DNA from: Octopus vulgaris
Taxonomy: Eukaryota
NCBI GenBank assembly: GCA_951406725.2
Contig: OX597815.1
Location: forward strand, 173,476,001 to 173,540,000
Direction: 5' to 3'
Length of the DNA stretch: 64,000 nucleotides
The notes under the pieces are model-generated. The model did not search any database and was not told the DNA's origin. It saw only the letters and a list, made by a program, of their open reading frames with translations. The position numbers and the translations under genes were made by a program. This document shows, one piece after another, positions 14,060-27,500 of the stretch (its first letter is position 1; every line of letters begins with the position of its first letter).

Positions 14060-14710
14060 GGGCTGTGATGATCAATGAAGCCACCCGTGAAATCTATTCC
14101 AACAGTAGAACACGACTTAAAGAGATTCAAGAACCTTGAATCCCATGTTGCTGATAGTAAAAAATAACTTCCTTATATGCAAGGGACTAGGCTAGAATGC
14201 TTGCAATGAGTTTTGAAACATCTAGTTGTCAAGCACTTCAAAAACAAGGAGCATTCTTCTCTATGGAGTCAAAACCTGGTATATGAAGGAGCTTCAATAA
14301 TGCCTTGACCTCTCACGAGGGCCAAAAACAACTCAGTGTGATCACAAGACCGAAGAAAGATTTATAAACACATTCTACTCATTTCTAGTATTACTGCTCA
14401 ACATAGGGAAGGTTTTGCTACTATGGCTATAGTGCTGAACAACAGGCCATAGTGGATATTATATTTTGGGGACTTGTAACTCTAACAGAGGACAAAGACC
14501 ATTCAAAATACATTGATGTTGTTGACATGAATACACAACATAAAACAATTTCAATTTTTGTATTTTTTAATTTAAGTTATTAATCCCAGCAATATATCTG
14601 CTAGGTTGGGGGTTAATACAACATGAAATTGAATATCTAACAAAGGTAATTGGGAACAGATTCCTGGTGCAATATTGTGAGGCATATGCTAGTTGTAGTT
14701 GCTTACTGAA
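14060..14710 (+). mobile_element. RTE LINE 3' fragment, same family as 4793-5490
   Basis: Shares atgttgctgatagtaa, gcattcttctctatggag.caaaacctgg and tgctgaacaa...ccata with 5030-5320. Confidence 0.75.
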
Positions 14711-16286
14711 GAAAAGAAGAAGAGGAGGAGGTGATGGGAGTAAAATTGGCGCCTGTTTCTATCAGATGACCACAGAGGCTTCTTTGATAGTTTGAGAAAC
14801 ATTTATATAATTATAATATTTCATTGCTACTTATTAATTAATAAATCATATAACTGTTAGTTATTCTTAAACTATTTTAATTATAACTTTGATAGTCTCA
14901 CCTATGATATATTCACAGATTTCTAAGTGTTATTCATATATACCATTATTGCTCATGCCACCCAAGTTTCTCACCATAAACTCCAACCATAATTTTTTTC
15001 TTTCATTCTTCCCTGAAAAATAGGTGCCAATAAAGTTGTCTAGAAGGATATGAAATAGTGCTATGAGAATAAAGTTGCAGAAATTGATATGTCAATGATG
15101 CAAAATGATAGAGTAGGAATGGAGGTAGATATCCTCCAATACAAAGCCTACTTTTGTAAATACTTAATCTTTTTACTTTATTCAGTTAGTAGTTTCTCCA
15201 TGCTATTTATCAGTAGAATGTTTGTATATTAAGTTTCATGTAAAACAGACACTTTTGAATAATTAGTCATTTTATTTTAGCAATAATATCAGGGAATCTT
15301 CCACTATAGTTTTGTTAGTTCTTTTTTTTTTTTGCAAAGGAGTTGTCTGGTTTTTGTTGGTTACATTTTCTAAAAATTGTAATCTAAATATATTAAATTA
15401 CCACTGTTAATATTATTGTGATGACTTTCACATTTTTAATTAAGATATTTCACTTTGGTAAATGAAATTCTAGAATTCATTTTGTATTCATAAATGTTGT
15501 GGCTGTTCCATGTATAGGGATTGTCTCTATTTCTAATGTAAATAAGAAATAGAGACAAGTACCAAGTGTTATAATTTCTCATCTGTTTAAAACCACAATC
15601 CTTCAAAAGAACTAGAATACAAGACAGAGGTTTATTTTGTGTGCATGCTTGTTTAAAAATAAGAATGTTTTCCACAAAATAGTGTTTATAAAAAATGTTC
15701 TGACATGAAAACCTAAAAACAACTAAACCCCAAACATCATGTATTCCACACAGAAAAAAAATGTAGAATACATGATGTGTATGTATGCACATGCATGCAG
15801 AAGTACATACCTGCCAATGACCAAATAAATGTATTAAAATTGCACCACAGAATCAATCAACAAGACCTTTAAATTATCTTCTCTGTGCATGTAGGTGTTG
15901 CTATTTTGTAGCAATAAAAAAAAATCTCTCACTTCGTTGGGGAAATAACAAGAGCTTTGTTGGGAAAAAAATGTGGTGGTAAAGTTACTAAGATGATATG
16001 TAGTAACCATGGTTACAGTTAGTACTTTGATGAAGCTAATCACTTGAATTAACAAGTAGCCAATTCATTTATAGAAATGGAAACTCCCAATTTGAAGATG
16101 GTGTTGGGAAGTGGTGTTATAAGTGTTGTGAATGTTCTATGAATATAAAATCAAATCAATCATGGATATTAGAATCTCAACAGGTCTTGCTGCTTACTGA
16201 GAAGCATTTAGAAGAAAACTTTATAAACAGTAAGTTGGCTATTAAACATAATCTTAATTCAACATTAGCTTACATATCATAAAGTA

Positions 16287-16290
<4 letters not shown>

Positions 16291-16322
<32 letters not shown>
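16291..16322. repeat. (TA)n microsatellite
   Basis: Seen directly. Confidence 0.97.
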
Positions 16323-16325
<3 letters not shown>

Positions 16326-18129
16326 GTAAAAGAAACATATTTTACACAGCTGTCATGTGAAGTGTAACGACAATGAAATAAACAAATATATAAAGAAACG
16401 AGAAATAATATAAAAATTCTATTTACAAAATATATTTGCATTCTTTGAAACATATTTCATTTTAATAGTCTGAATGGTGTAAAAAATGGATATCAGATCA
16501 ATGTTTGTAATGATAAGAATACAGACAATTGAGCAGATTTCAGTCAGTATATTACTGGTACTTGTTTAACTGATCCTACAATGCTGGAAGCTGAGTGAAC
16601 AATGGTAGAATTACTGTTTACTCTTTCATCAAAGAATCGGTGACATGAATCCTAGATTTTGTAGAAGGAATAGTTTATGTACTGTGTATTATATTTACAC
16701 AGGATCATCATCCTCAATTCAGATATTTTTTCAAGGTTAGCAAATTCAATTTTAAAAAATCTAATTTTAGACAACTGCATCATTTAAATTAGTTTGCTAA
16801 AATGTATGGTCTGTGATTCTGTTGGTTAAATAAGAATGGTGATTATATAATAGAAAGGAATGGTGATATATAATATCCATTTTGAGAGAAAAAGTATTTC
16901 TTTTGGGTCGTCATTTAGTTCTTATACTACTTTGTGAAAAAGTTTCAGATGAAATTACAATAACTAAAGAGAATAAGAGAATTAGCAATTAGTATGTGTC
17001 ATAATAATGCCAATCAAATTTGTTGGTTTCAAAGGAATCAGCCAAGCTCAATAAATGATGATGTGTATTTTTATATTTTCTTTGTTGATTTTGTGTGTGT
17101 GTATGTATGTGGAAGCTTTGTTAGAGTTGTAATTATCTGGTATCCCTCATATTGTAGAAATGACAAATTAGGTTTTGTAGTACAAAGAAAGGTTTTGATT
17201 GATGAGCACATGGTAACATACAAATGCATCCTTTAAATAACAACAAAAAATATCTATGGATAACTTAAGCTGTGGTATCAGCTTTCGGCAGCTTTTATTT
17301 GTTACAGAATTCATCTGTGAGAAAAATAAGAGAAAAAAGAAACAGACAAAAATTTAGGAAGACGTAAGTCTAAATCTGGATGCTTGTTCTATTCTACAAA
17401 ACAAATAACTAAATCAGAGATTGGAAACGGCATAAAGAAGGTTTATTTTTTGAAAAGTGGGAGGAAGTAAAATTTTTTATGATGTAAGATTTATCAGACG
17501 AGCAACTTTTATGAATTAGAGAGTGGCCCACAATGAAAATATTTTAGTTTTGCTGAAGCAGTGTTTTAAGAGAGACAAAACAAAAATTAAATTTTAGCTT
17601 TTAGATATACTTGGTCTTTTTAAGAAATATCGTAAATTTCTTTAAGAAATGTTGCTTTTTATACATAATCATACATATGTTATCCAGTTGACCCAATCCA
17701 CCAAATAAACATCATCATAATATTCACTTCACTTAACTCTGTCTAATTCAGTAATATTTTTTAACATGTTAACTTACTTTTGTAACACAAAATTCCAATA
17801 AAGAGCTAGGGAAAGAAATAACTACACTGTTGATCTTTTACATAAATCTCAATCTGTTAATAGAATATTATATCCCATTTTTGTGTAATATTGAATGAAG
17901 CTAATATAATATCTATTCCTTGATGCAATTTCATAATGCACCAACTTTCTTCATTTTTATAATTCTTTATAGAACATGAATAATACCCTTTCATATTTGT
18001 TTTACCAAAATTAGTTCCTAAGAAGTATTATTGTAAGCTTAAATCTGTAAATTTAAAATTGAAAAAGAATACTAAATTGCTTGCTATATTTTTCGTGTAT
18101 CTTGTATTATTTAAATATGATTTTTATGG

Positions 18130-18700
18130 TTGTAGGGAAGTGAATTGGGTGGTACACAACTTGTTAGTACAGAGGAGCAGGAACAAATTTAGTAGTTCAC
18201 TGGAGAAGACAGTAGAAGACACTGTGCTAGTAGTGCTGGTAGTACAATACGCATTTGTCAATCAATTAAATGGGCTATTATTTTTATGTGGAATAAAATG
18301 ATTGCGTGTATGGTATTTACTGCATGCAGATATGTATGTAATACTCCAATAAAACATGTCTTGCACTGGGCTAGTAGCTGTTCAGAGCTGAAGTAGTTTC
18401 TAGTTCTCAGGAGAAGGATTAGTCTTTGAGATTCAGTGTTGGTTACCACAAAAAAATTATCAAAAATTGTTATACCTAGCATTTGTAATGATTGCTCCTG
18501 GAAAGTGGTAGAGAGCAGAAATGAAAGTAGGATATTGATACTGTGCAGTCAATGCAAACAATAAGTATACACAATAAAAAATTATGTCTGGTAAACTGAC
18601 AAGAAATAAACATTTAGGTTTGCCAGGTGAATGAGTAGCAAACAACACAAGCAACTAAATACTATGGACTGCTTAGGCAGATGAGTAGAAATATCTACAC
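18130..18700 (-). mobile_element. CR1/L2-group (Crack/Daphne-like) LINE ORF2 C-terminal relic
   Basis: QRLILLLRTRNYFSSEQLL, homologous to QRLSFLVRTRNYFSPQQL at about 50600-50660. Confidence 0.6.
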
Positions 18701-19839
18701 CTAAGTGACCATTCAGGAAATGGCATTAGTGGCTGTAGACTTGAGTTAGAAAAACATGCTTATTTCTCCTTTAATAAAAATATGCAGACTTGACATCCAT
18801 CCTTCATTCTTAACATTGTCCCACTCAACTCACATTTTACATGGATCAGCCCTCTGTGCTACCAAACTACCTTTCCCTCTCTAGTGAACCAGTTCCAGTT
18901 GACTTGCCCTACCATACATCTCTCACTCTCCTTATGCATTACACCTGTCCCTACCCTCATATTCTTGCAACCTACCCACCCACATGGCAGCTCCCTTTCT
19001 CACAGCCTTCCCCAGCTTACTGGATTATTATTGTTATTATTTTAACAATTCTGCTGTTCATCACCTCTTTCTGCACTGCCAGTCATCACCTACACTTTCC
19101 TACTTTCTCTGCAGCCTATATTAATCAGTAGCTAGTCTTCAAACCTTTTTCACCATTCATTATATTGATCCACTCCTATCTCTACATCATCTTTAATTCA
19201 TGCCATACACTCTTGCAACCTTTATCCACCAACCTTTCCTATTCTGTCTTCATTCAATTCTTCTCACATTCTTGTATCTGACACCTCATCTCCACCATTT
19301 CTTTCTCTTTTTTTCAGTTTCACCACAATTACTCCCACCTCCTCTTGTATAATGCAAGTAGCCATGTTTCTCCTCCACTACAAGAAAAGTGCTCCGACCC
19401 CTTCATTTACACTTTTTGTCTCTTATTACATAGTCAAAGGAGATCTTAGTCTTTTGAGCTACATGGTGACCTTACTAAAGCTGGTACAATCACAAAAAAC
19501 ACCCAGTATATTATGTAAGGTGGTTGGTACAACGAAGACCATCCAGCTGTAGAAACTATAACAAAATAAACAATGGAACATGATGCAGTCCTTCAACCCA
19601 TTGGATCCTGTCAAACTATCAAACAAGCATGGAAGACAGACATACAAAGATGATGAAGATGATGTAAACTATATAAGATGTGAATTAGAAATGAGAAAAT
19701 GGGATAGTTTATAGCAATAAAATATACACAGAAGTTGCAGAAAACCTGTGAAGATAATCTAATGGATATACAACATTAGTTTGCAAGAAAGGAGGTGATA
19801 ATGACAAAAAAAAACTAGGTGAGTAAAATATTGAAAGAT

Positions 19840-20077
19840 ACTCTTTTATTTGTTTCAGTCATTTGACTGCTGCCATGCTGGAGCACCACCTTTACTCGAG
19901 CAAATCGACCCCAGGATTTATTCTTTGTAAGCCTAGTACTTATTCTATTAGTTTTTTTTTTGCTGAACCACTAAGTTACGGGGATGTAAACACACCAGCA
20001 TCGGTTGTCAAGCAACGCTGGGGAGGCAAACAGACACACACACATATACACACACACACATACATACACACACACAC

Positions 20078-20138
<61 letters not shown>

Positions 20139-20308
20139 TATACAACGGGCTTCTTTCAGTTTCCATCTACCAAATCCACTCACAAGGCTTTGGTCGGCCT
20201 TAGGCTACAGTAGAAGACACTTGCCCAAGATGCCATGCACTGGGACTGAACCCGGAACAATGTGGTTGGTAAGCAAGCTACTTACCACACAGCAACTCCT
20301 ACGCCTAT
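19840..20308 (-). mobile_element. Full-length tRNA-derived SINE with an internal (CA)n(TA)n microsatellite (octopus-type)
   Basis: Minus-strand head aggcgtaggagttgctgtgtggtaag...ggttcagtccc (A/B boxes), cttgggcaagtgtcttcta core, tail gactgaaacaaataaaagagta; further copies at 33418 and 63790. Confidence 0.88.
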
Positions 20309-20599
20309 GCAAACAGTCAATTATTATAGTATAGATATGTAATGTGAACAACTGATGCTAAGTACAAGCAGGCTATGAGAGTACATACTAAGTATGTAGG
20401 AATGTCGACTTGGGAAGAAATAATATTTTGATATAAGTGCAGTGGCTTTTTGAAATTCTTTACATTCACCTGAAACAAAACTTTAGGTATTTTTATGCTT
20501 ACCATTTAACAATGAATAGAATGCACAACCCACTTTCAGCAAGTAACAATTGCAGAAAATATATATTTAGAATCATGCACTGAGTTTTAATTGCTTTAA

Positions 20600-21280
20600 A
20601 AATATTAAGAGGAAGAGGGATGAATGAGACAGAATTGAGTGGAGGTGATCTGTGATAAGATGACTTCAGAGAGAAGAGGCTACCGCAGTAGTGGTATAAA
20701 AGGCAGAGAAAAGAGGCAGCGTGTCTATGGATTAGAATTCCTGTTTTGCTCAGCAACTTCATGACAATAAGTGGATTTTCTTTGGAAGCAGTTTACAATA
20801 TTTGCATGAGTAGCAGCCGCAAAATTCAAGAGGTAGGAGTACTACCCCATTATGATTCTTGAGTGATCTTTATAGAGAGTTAGTAGTTATTGGAGATGAA
20901 CCATTTTTGACTCTGAAGAAGAAAACTCAGTCATTGTAATGCAGTTTTGCATATGTCGGGGTGGTGGATTTGCCAAGAGATCCCCTGTGATGAAGAAACC
21001 TAACATTTAGTAATTTTGAGTATTCTAATTGTGTGGTATTTAGAGTGGTGGGTTTGATAATGTTTTCATGACATGAGTAGTGATCGTATTTTTTGTGATG
21101 CTGAACTTGACAAGAATAGTGTAAAAAGCCAAGATTGGTGCGAATGCATCTGAAGTTTGCAGATTTTGAATGAAGTGTTTAGTATATTGATGACACTTGG
21201 GTGCAGCAGGTAAAGAAGGTGTTGGTATCATCTGCATAGAAATGAGCAAGTACATTAATGATGCATTAGAGGAAGTTTGG
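20600..21280 (-). mobile_element. CR1/L2-group LINE ORF2 relic (same type as 18130 and 50180)
   Basis: Minus strand reads across frameshifts as LNV.G..I.GDL, FFFRVKN..SP..LLTLYK. Confidence 0.5.
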
Positions 21281-21327
21281 CTTATGTGTGCATTATTAAA
21301 TTTATATATATATGTGTATGTACATGT

Positions 21328-21329
<2 letters not shown>

Positions 21330-21378
<49 letters not shown>
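21330..21378. repeat. (TA)n microsatellite
   Basis: Seen directly. Confidence 0.97.
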
Positions 21379-21381
<3 letters not shown>

Positions 21382-22049
21382 TTAGAAACTAAGAGAAATC
21401 AAGCCAAAACTGAAATGTATAAGTGAGATGTGATTCTCCAACTCATCTAAAAGGGTAGCAAGTCTGAATAAGAATTATTACAGACTGTGATGATATAACA
21501 AACAGTGCCAGCATTGAAAGTGGTCATTAAATGATGAAGATATATATTGATGTTATTGCCATGCAAGTAGAATTTATTCTGGCACTAGTTCAATGATTTG
21601 AGAAAAAGGTGTTCTAAACACCTTTCAACGGGAATGAGAGGTAGTTTAAAAAAATAAAAGAAAAAAAGAAAAAAAAGGAGGTAAGTAAAGAAAGCAAGTG
21701 AATAGTATAACAACTGCTAGGAAAGTTTTGTTGTGAATTCCATTTTCACTGCTAGCAATAATGAGATAATATTTTTTTAACAAATCATAAGATTTGGTGA
21801 TTAGTTAAGCACAATGTGGTATGGAACACTAACCTATATTGTAAGTATAGCCTGAATGGAAATAACTTCAAAATTCAAAACATACCAGAAAAATGATTTT
21901 GTTTGTGTCCCTGACAAAGCCCTCAGGTGAAACAAAATATATTTTGAGCTCGCAGTTATATTGATTAACTATCTTTCTGTCTAGCTACGCGTGTATGTGT
22001 ATAGCACACATACACACACACATTTAATATTGTGATATGAATACTTATT

Positions 22050-23045
22050 TTGTTCTATAAGCAAGCATTGTATTGGTTGTGTGCTCTGTTTTCTCAGCTT
22101 CTAGGACCTCTTGAAAGGTTGAGTGACCTATGGCCCATGATTGTCCTCATCTTCTTCCTCTTGTTGCTGACCATATCTATGCAGTTTTGTGAATCCATGA
22201 TCTGGCTCTTTCAGAATGTGACCAACCAATTGCATTCTTCATTCAGTTAGTGTACCTTGAGCTTTTCACAACTTTTTAAGGTTTTTCATTTCTGATATGA
22301 TCAAAAGTATGAAATTCTCAAGATTTTCCTCAAGTACTTTTGGTAAAACACATTTTATGTTTTGATCATTTTTGTCCATGTTTCACCTGCAAAGGGGTGC
22401 TATTGGTTATGTGATAAGTGGATTTTAATGACATTATCCAGCATGTTCTTGGACATTTTGGACATTTACTGAAATACTGCTACTTGCCTTTCTGATTTTG
22501 TATTTGACATTGGTTTCAACATTTGTCATTTTACAAAACACTGCCAAAATATGCATGTTAGCTCACATCTCTGAGTCAAGTTTTCAACAATCAAGATGCA
22601 GTCTCTCATTCCTCAGCCTACTCCATAGCATTTAGCTTCTTTGCATTCATTCTCAGTCTAGTTTTCTTTATTGCTTCAATTAGGTGATAAGTCAACCTTT
22701 GCAGACCAGTTATGTATTTTGCAAACAATGCAGCATTATCAATAAATCCCAGGTTGGTCAACCACCTCTGATCTTTAAACTGGATGTTACATTAACTTCT
22801 ATCAATTACCTCTTTCAAATTTAAATCCATAATTAGGAATATTGGTAACAAAATGCATCCATGATAAAGGTGGCAAAGTATCTAGCATTTCTATTTATCA
22901 TCTTCCTAATGCTTCTACAAATGGAAATGTTAGTGCTTTAGGAACCAGTAGCTTTTGTGGTGTTCCACAAAGACATCCAAAATGAATACTATCAAATCCT
23001 TTTTTGAAGAAAACGAAATTTGACAATGGTCACTGGAACTCCAGA
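22050..23045 (-). mobile_element. RTE-like LINE RT relic
   Basis: Minus strand: NFVFFKKGFDSIH (FVDFKKAFDS-like), GCILLP, NLGFIDN (DLDFADD-like), LRMNAKK, LVGHILK. Confidence 0.65.
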
Positions 23046-23059
23046 CACTGTTTATTCCA

Positions 23060-23400
23060 TATTTGTTCACAACATTCACAACTCTTGTCTGAGCCTTTGC
23101 TATGAAGCAGACATCACAAAATTGCTATCAAAGCATATTGCAAAAGACTATGTATAGTGGTGGTTGTCTATGCACCAGCTGAAAATGCTGAGAACCTGAA
23201 AAAAAAAAAAAGATGTGTTCTTTGAACACTGCTAAGATATTCTAGGGGATATCTTCAAATATGAAATCAAGCTGCTGAAGAGTGATATGAGCCCTGAAAA
23301 TGAATGAGAACTGAACAGGTCAGTTCAACTGACAAATAATAATGGAGGAAGGCTCTTAACAATCTACAACAAAAATGGCATGTACATTGGAAAACAGCTT
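23060..23400 (+). mobile_element. LINE AP-endonuclease relic, opposite orientation to the adjacent RT
   Basis: IVVVYAPAENAE..KD.F, KLLKSDM (GDFN position), TNNNGGRLL, NGMYIG. Confidence 0.6.
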
Positions 23401-24104
23401 GAAAAATATTCTACACAAATTTATCTCATAATTAAAACAAGGATGATACTATATATCTTATCACTTCAGTTAACAAAACAAAATTAATGTTCCTTGGCAT
23501 TTTTAATGAGAAATTAAATTTCTTTAATAAAAATATGAATTTTTCAATGATTTGATAAGTTTAAATTAATAATGGATAGTTAAGTTTCTTTTTATGTGTG
23601 TTCTTTTTTTTTATCTAGTTGCAATTCATAAAGCTAAAGTATAGTTCAGAAACTTTCAAAAATATGTATATTTTGTCAAGATTTTCACTTATTTAAAATA
23701 TTATAGCTGTAATTTCAGTTATAAATTGAACAATATTAAAATATTAACTTCCAAGCTAAATTTTCTTTCCAATAAATCAGTAGTAAATATATATATGAAA
23801 GAAGAAATCAATGTATTACAGTGCAAACTGCTATATCAAAATCTGGAATTTTTTTTTTTTATATATACAACTCCAAATCACTCAATACTTGCAAGAAAGA
23901 TGTTAGTATTTAAAAATTTGCTACTTTACTATGTCAGATAAAATTACATATGCTTTCCCCTAAACCTTACATTTCAAGAAAAGATGATTAAGAAATTATA
24001 TATTCATGTCTGATTCATTTAGAGATTAAAATGAAATCATTACACACTAAAACTGAAGCCTCAAATTTCTAAATTATTTCCATTTGAATTCAGTATATAT
24101 GTGT

Positions 24105-24260
24105 ATCATCATCATCATTTAGCGTCCGCTTTCCATGCTAGCATGGGTTGGACGGTTCAACTGGGGTCTGTGAAGCTGGAAGGCTTCGTCAGGCCCAGTC
24201 AGATCTGGCAGTGTTTCTACGGCTGGATGCCCTTCCTAACGCCAACCACTCCGTGAGTGT
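24105..24260 (-). mobile_element. SINE/LINE-tail repeat with (GAT)n tail
   Basis: catcatcatcatttagcgtccgctttccatgctagcatgggttggacgg...ggatgcccttcctaacgccaacc; related copies at 19520-19660, 43968-44120, 46000-46250 and 55430-55592. Confidence 0.8.
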
Positions 24261-24299
24261 ATGTGTATATATATGTATACATACACGTGTGTTTGTGTT

Positions 24300-24330
<31 letters not shown>

Positions 24331-24331
<1 letters not shown>

Positions 24332-24518
24332 ACGGGAAGCTTTATGAAAATAAACAAAAGACGAAGGTAGGTGGAATACAAACAAACAATTGTATTAGTA
24401 TGGCGCTCAGGAATATAAATAAAACAAGTCTTTTACGTTTCGAGCCTACACTCTTCAACAGAAAGATACACAGAAAAGAAACAAGGAGAGAAAAAAATGT
24501 GTGCAGAAGCTAGCGAAT

Positions 24519-24520
<2 letters not shown>
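24331..24520 (-). mobile_element. Penelope-like element terminal-repeat fragment
   Basis: Sits between (TA)n tracts and carries the CTGxTGAAGAG..CTCGAAACGT hammerhead-type motif typical of PLE pseudo-LTRs. Confidence 0.55.
24429..24466 (-). ncRNA. Minimal type I hammerhead ribozyme-like motif (variant core)
   Basis: Minus strand: UCUUU CUGUUGA A GAG uguagg CUC GAAA CGUA AAAGA. Stem I UCUUU/AAAGA, stem II GAG/CUC, palindromic ACGU in place of stem III, GUA cleavage triplet; core position A6 is U. Confidence 0.5.
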
Positions 24521-24562
<42 letters not shown>

Positions 24563-27500
24563 GCACACACACATATATATAAACCAAATCACTGGCAAAT
24601 ATAACATAGCAGTATGTACCATGCTTTAGCCAATTGTTTTAGGTGCTTATAAAGCTGCAAGTAGACATGGTCAACTGTTTAGCCTTCCCAATCCTTACAA
24701 TGGGAACATCCAAGATGGAGAGAGAGATGCACCTGCATTCTATTGGAGCAACATGAAAAAAAAGCATTGAATACTAACAAGTGACAACCCTCTTTTCTTT
24801 TTGTTTTTGTGCATGTATAGCTATAATACACACAAAGAAAATAGTAGAACTTTTCCCAGTTATTGAATAAATCAAAGAGTTATGAACATAACAATTATTG
24901 CACTTAATGTTAATGTGTTAGAAAATATTAACTAAGACATTGCATGGGTTAGATGGACTTGTGTCTCACTCTAATTCATTATTTCCTTGATTAAGTTCAA
25001 GTTCACAAGTTTAATTGGAAGATACCCATTGAGGACACCTCCCTCTACCAATTCACAAATTTGTTATCACCCACTATCACATTTCCATAGCAAATTAGTT
25101 GGCTCTCCTGCATACACATATGATTATGAGCCAATGTGTCTCTATCCTGTTGCTTGATTTGATAGAAATAGCTATAAAATCTTCATATCACATGCTAATA
25201 ATATAGAAAACGAATGTGCTGGATAATGAGGTCTTACATATATTTGTCTTTGAAAAAAAAAAAAAATGGACTCGTCAAGGCTGGAATACATTTGATTTTA
25301 AGTCTGCTTGATCAGAGTTGATTTAGAATGTTATAACAGCTTTTACCAATGTTGTTGATTCCCAGTTGTATTCCACAACCATGTGCTCTATTTTGTCAGT
25401 TTATACTCAACTTCAATCTCTTGAGATCTTGTGTTTTCTTCTAATTTTTCACTAACATACAGCATCACACCTATTACACAAGTTTCACACAGTCCTTCAC
25501 ATGGCATGATTCCAACAAAAGTAAATTTTGACTCCAACTTCAAACACCAGCCACTATATATATACTACAGGCACCCCAGTGTTATGAGAGCATTTCATTA
25601 CTGAAAATCTTGCTGAAACAGTGAATTCCGTAATGTGAAACCTATTTTCCCATTGATTTTTATATTATATGCCTATAAAATTAGATATGTATCCACTGCT
25701 AAATATAACACCAAAAGAGCAAAACTTAACTATTGTTCACTCAAGTGAAACTAGTGCATTTGAAGTGTCGAATCTCTGACTGGTTTAAAAGTGATCTGCA
25801 ATGTTGTACACCTATAATTTGTACATGCTAAGCACTCTTGGACTACCTGAATTCTGCACAAGATCAGTTCTCTCAAGTTTTTAAACTTTTGCAAACTTTA
25901 CTGATACCTGTGAGTTTTTAATCTTGATGGATAATGCAGTGAGGAATAGGTGAACATCATAGATTTATACTCCATGATGATCCAGCCTTCAACATCTTCA
26001 TGACTAACTCAATGATTCAAAATAAAATCTGATCTAAGAGCAGAGGTTTATAAATACATTCAAGTGAACAAATTTTTCTCCTTATGACCACTGATAATTC
26101 TGCTAATGTTAGCATTTTCATATATCAAACAATGTTTTGTTGGTTATATTTTTTATATAGCATTCTCATGGCTTACTGGACTACAAATTGTAACTTGTTA
26201 AATGCATTTATCAAGCTAGCAAATGCAAGTTCTTGCCAAATATATTTCTAGGGGTCATCAGACATACACAACATTCTTGTTTCATGTCCTGATGCAAACT
26301 TAAACACCAACCAATCCTATACTCTATTTGCCATAATTATTTACACCAACTTCATCATGTAGTCCTTTAAACCAAGTCTTTGTAATTTTCCTTTTATTTA
26401 TGCATCCTCCTTTGTTATAATATTACTATTCTAGTCATTAGGAATGATACTTCTCTATACAATTTTCGAAGTTAAAAAAGTGACTAATATATCACTATCC
26501 CAACACAAGGTTTTTACTTTGTAAGCTACGCTTGAAGTATTTACAGCTTTCTTTCCTCAGTTACATTACTCATCATCTCAACATGAATTTCCAGAGTTAA
26601 CACCTGTTTGTTCCACATAGTTAAGCTTGCTTGCTCTTGCCTAACTCATATTTTTCTTTCTTGACAAGCATGTGTACAAGAAAGTTATTTTGAGTAAGGA
26701 ACACTTAAAATTATCAATCACAAAGATGATAATAATCAACTTCTGTATATTAGGGACAGCTAAGCTTCAATAGTTAAAAATTTAGTATCTTAATATATAA
26801 TTTCTATTTTAATTATATTTTCTGGGTTTAAAGATAAACATCTGAATTAAGCATATCTTAAAATGCATTAAATAGTATAAGAAAAAAGTTGCAGAGACCT
26901 TTGAATGACAACAATATTCATAATAATAATCAAACATTATATGTTAAGCTAAAACTAGTTTCAAGCACAATAAGAAAAACAAAAATAAATAAAGACATCG
27001 AAGGGAAATCTTGCCAATAAACTTGTAGTAAATTCTTAAGAAGAATGAGATATTTCTAAGATTGCTTAAGGTAAAATCAGGACTGCTGATCTGCTATATT
27101 TGCATTATGTGAGGTAAAGAGTGATAGAACAGAATTTCTTAAAGTGCTGACTTTAGTAAAAGAATATGGTGCTCATTCACTGCTGTTATAAATACAGAAT
27201 ATTTCTTTATTTACTTAATGTCAGTTTTTCCTCACTGACATGGATCAACTGTGTCTGCTATACTTATTACCAAGCATCCCAGTCTTTTGCTACCTTTTAC
27301 ACAAGCTCCTTCAGCTTTAGATCTGACAAGACCTCTTTCAACACTTTCCCTGTTATTCCTCTTCCAAGCACTTTTTACATACATTCATAATTCATTTACA
27401 TCACAAATCCACACTAGTATTATGGATATTTGATGCAAGCCTTAATTAAACATCATTGAGTACATTTGTCTATCCTGGACAAATGCTTCACAGCCAACTC

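Noticed and set aside
19863-20334. Overlapping HT/YI/CV-repeat ORFs
   Set aside because: Artefacts of a SINE with internal (CA)n(TA)n.
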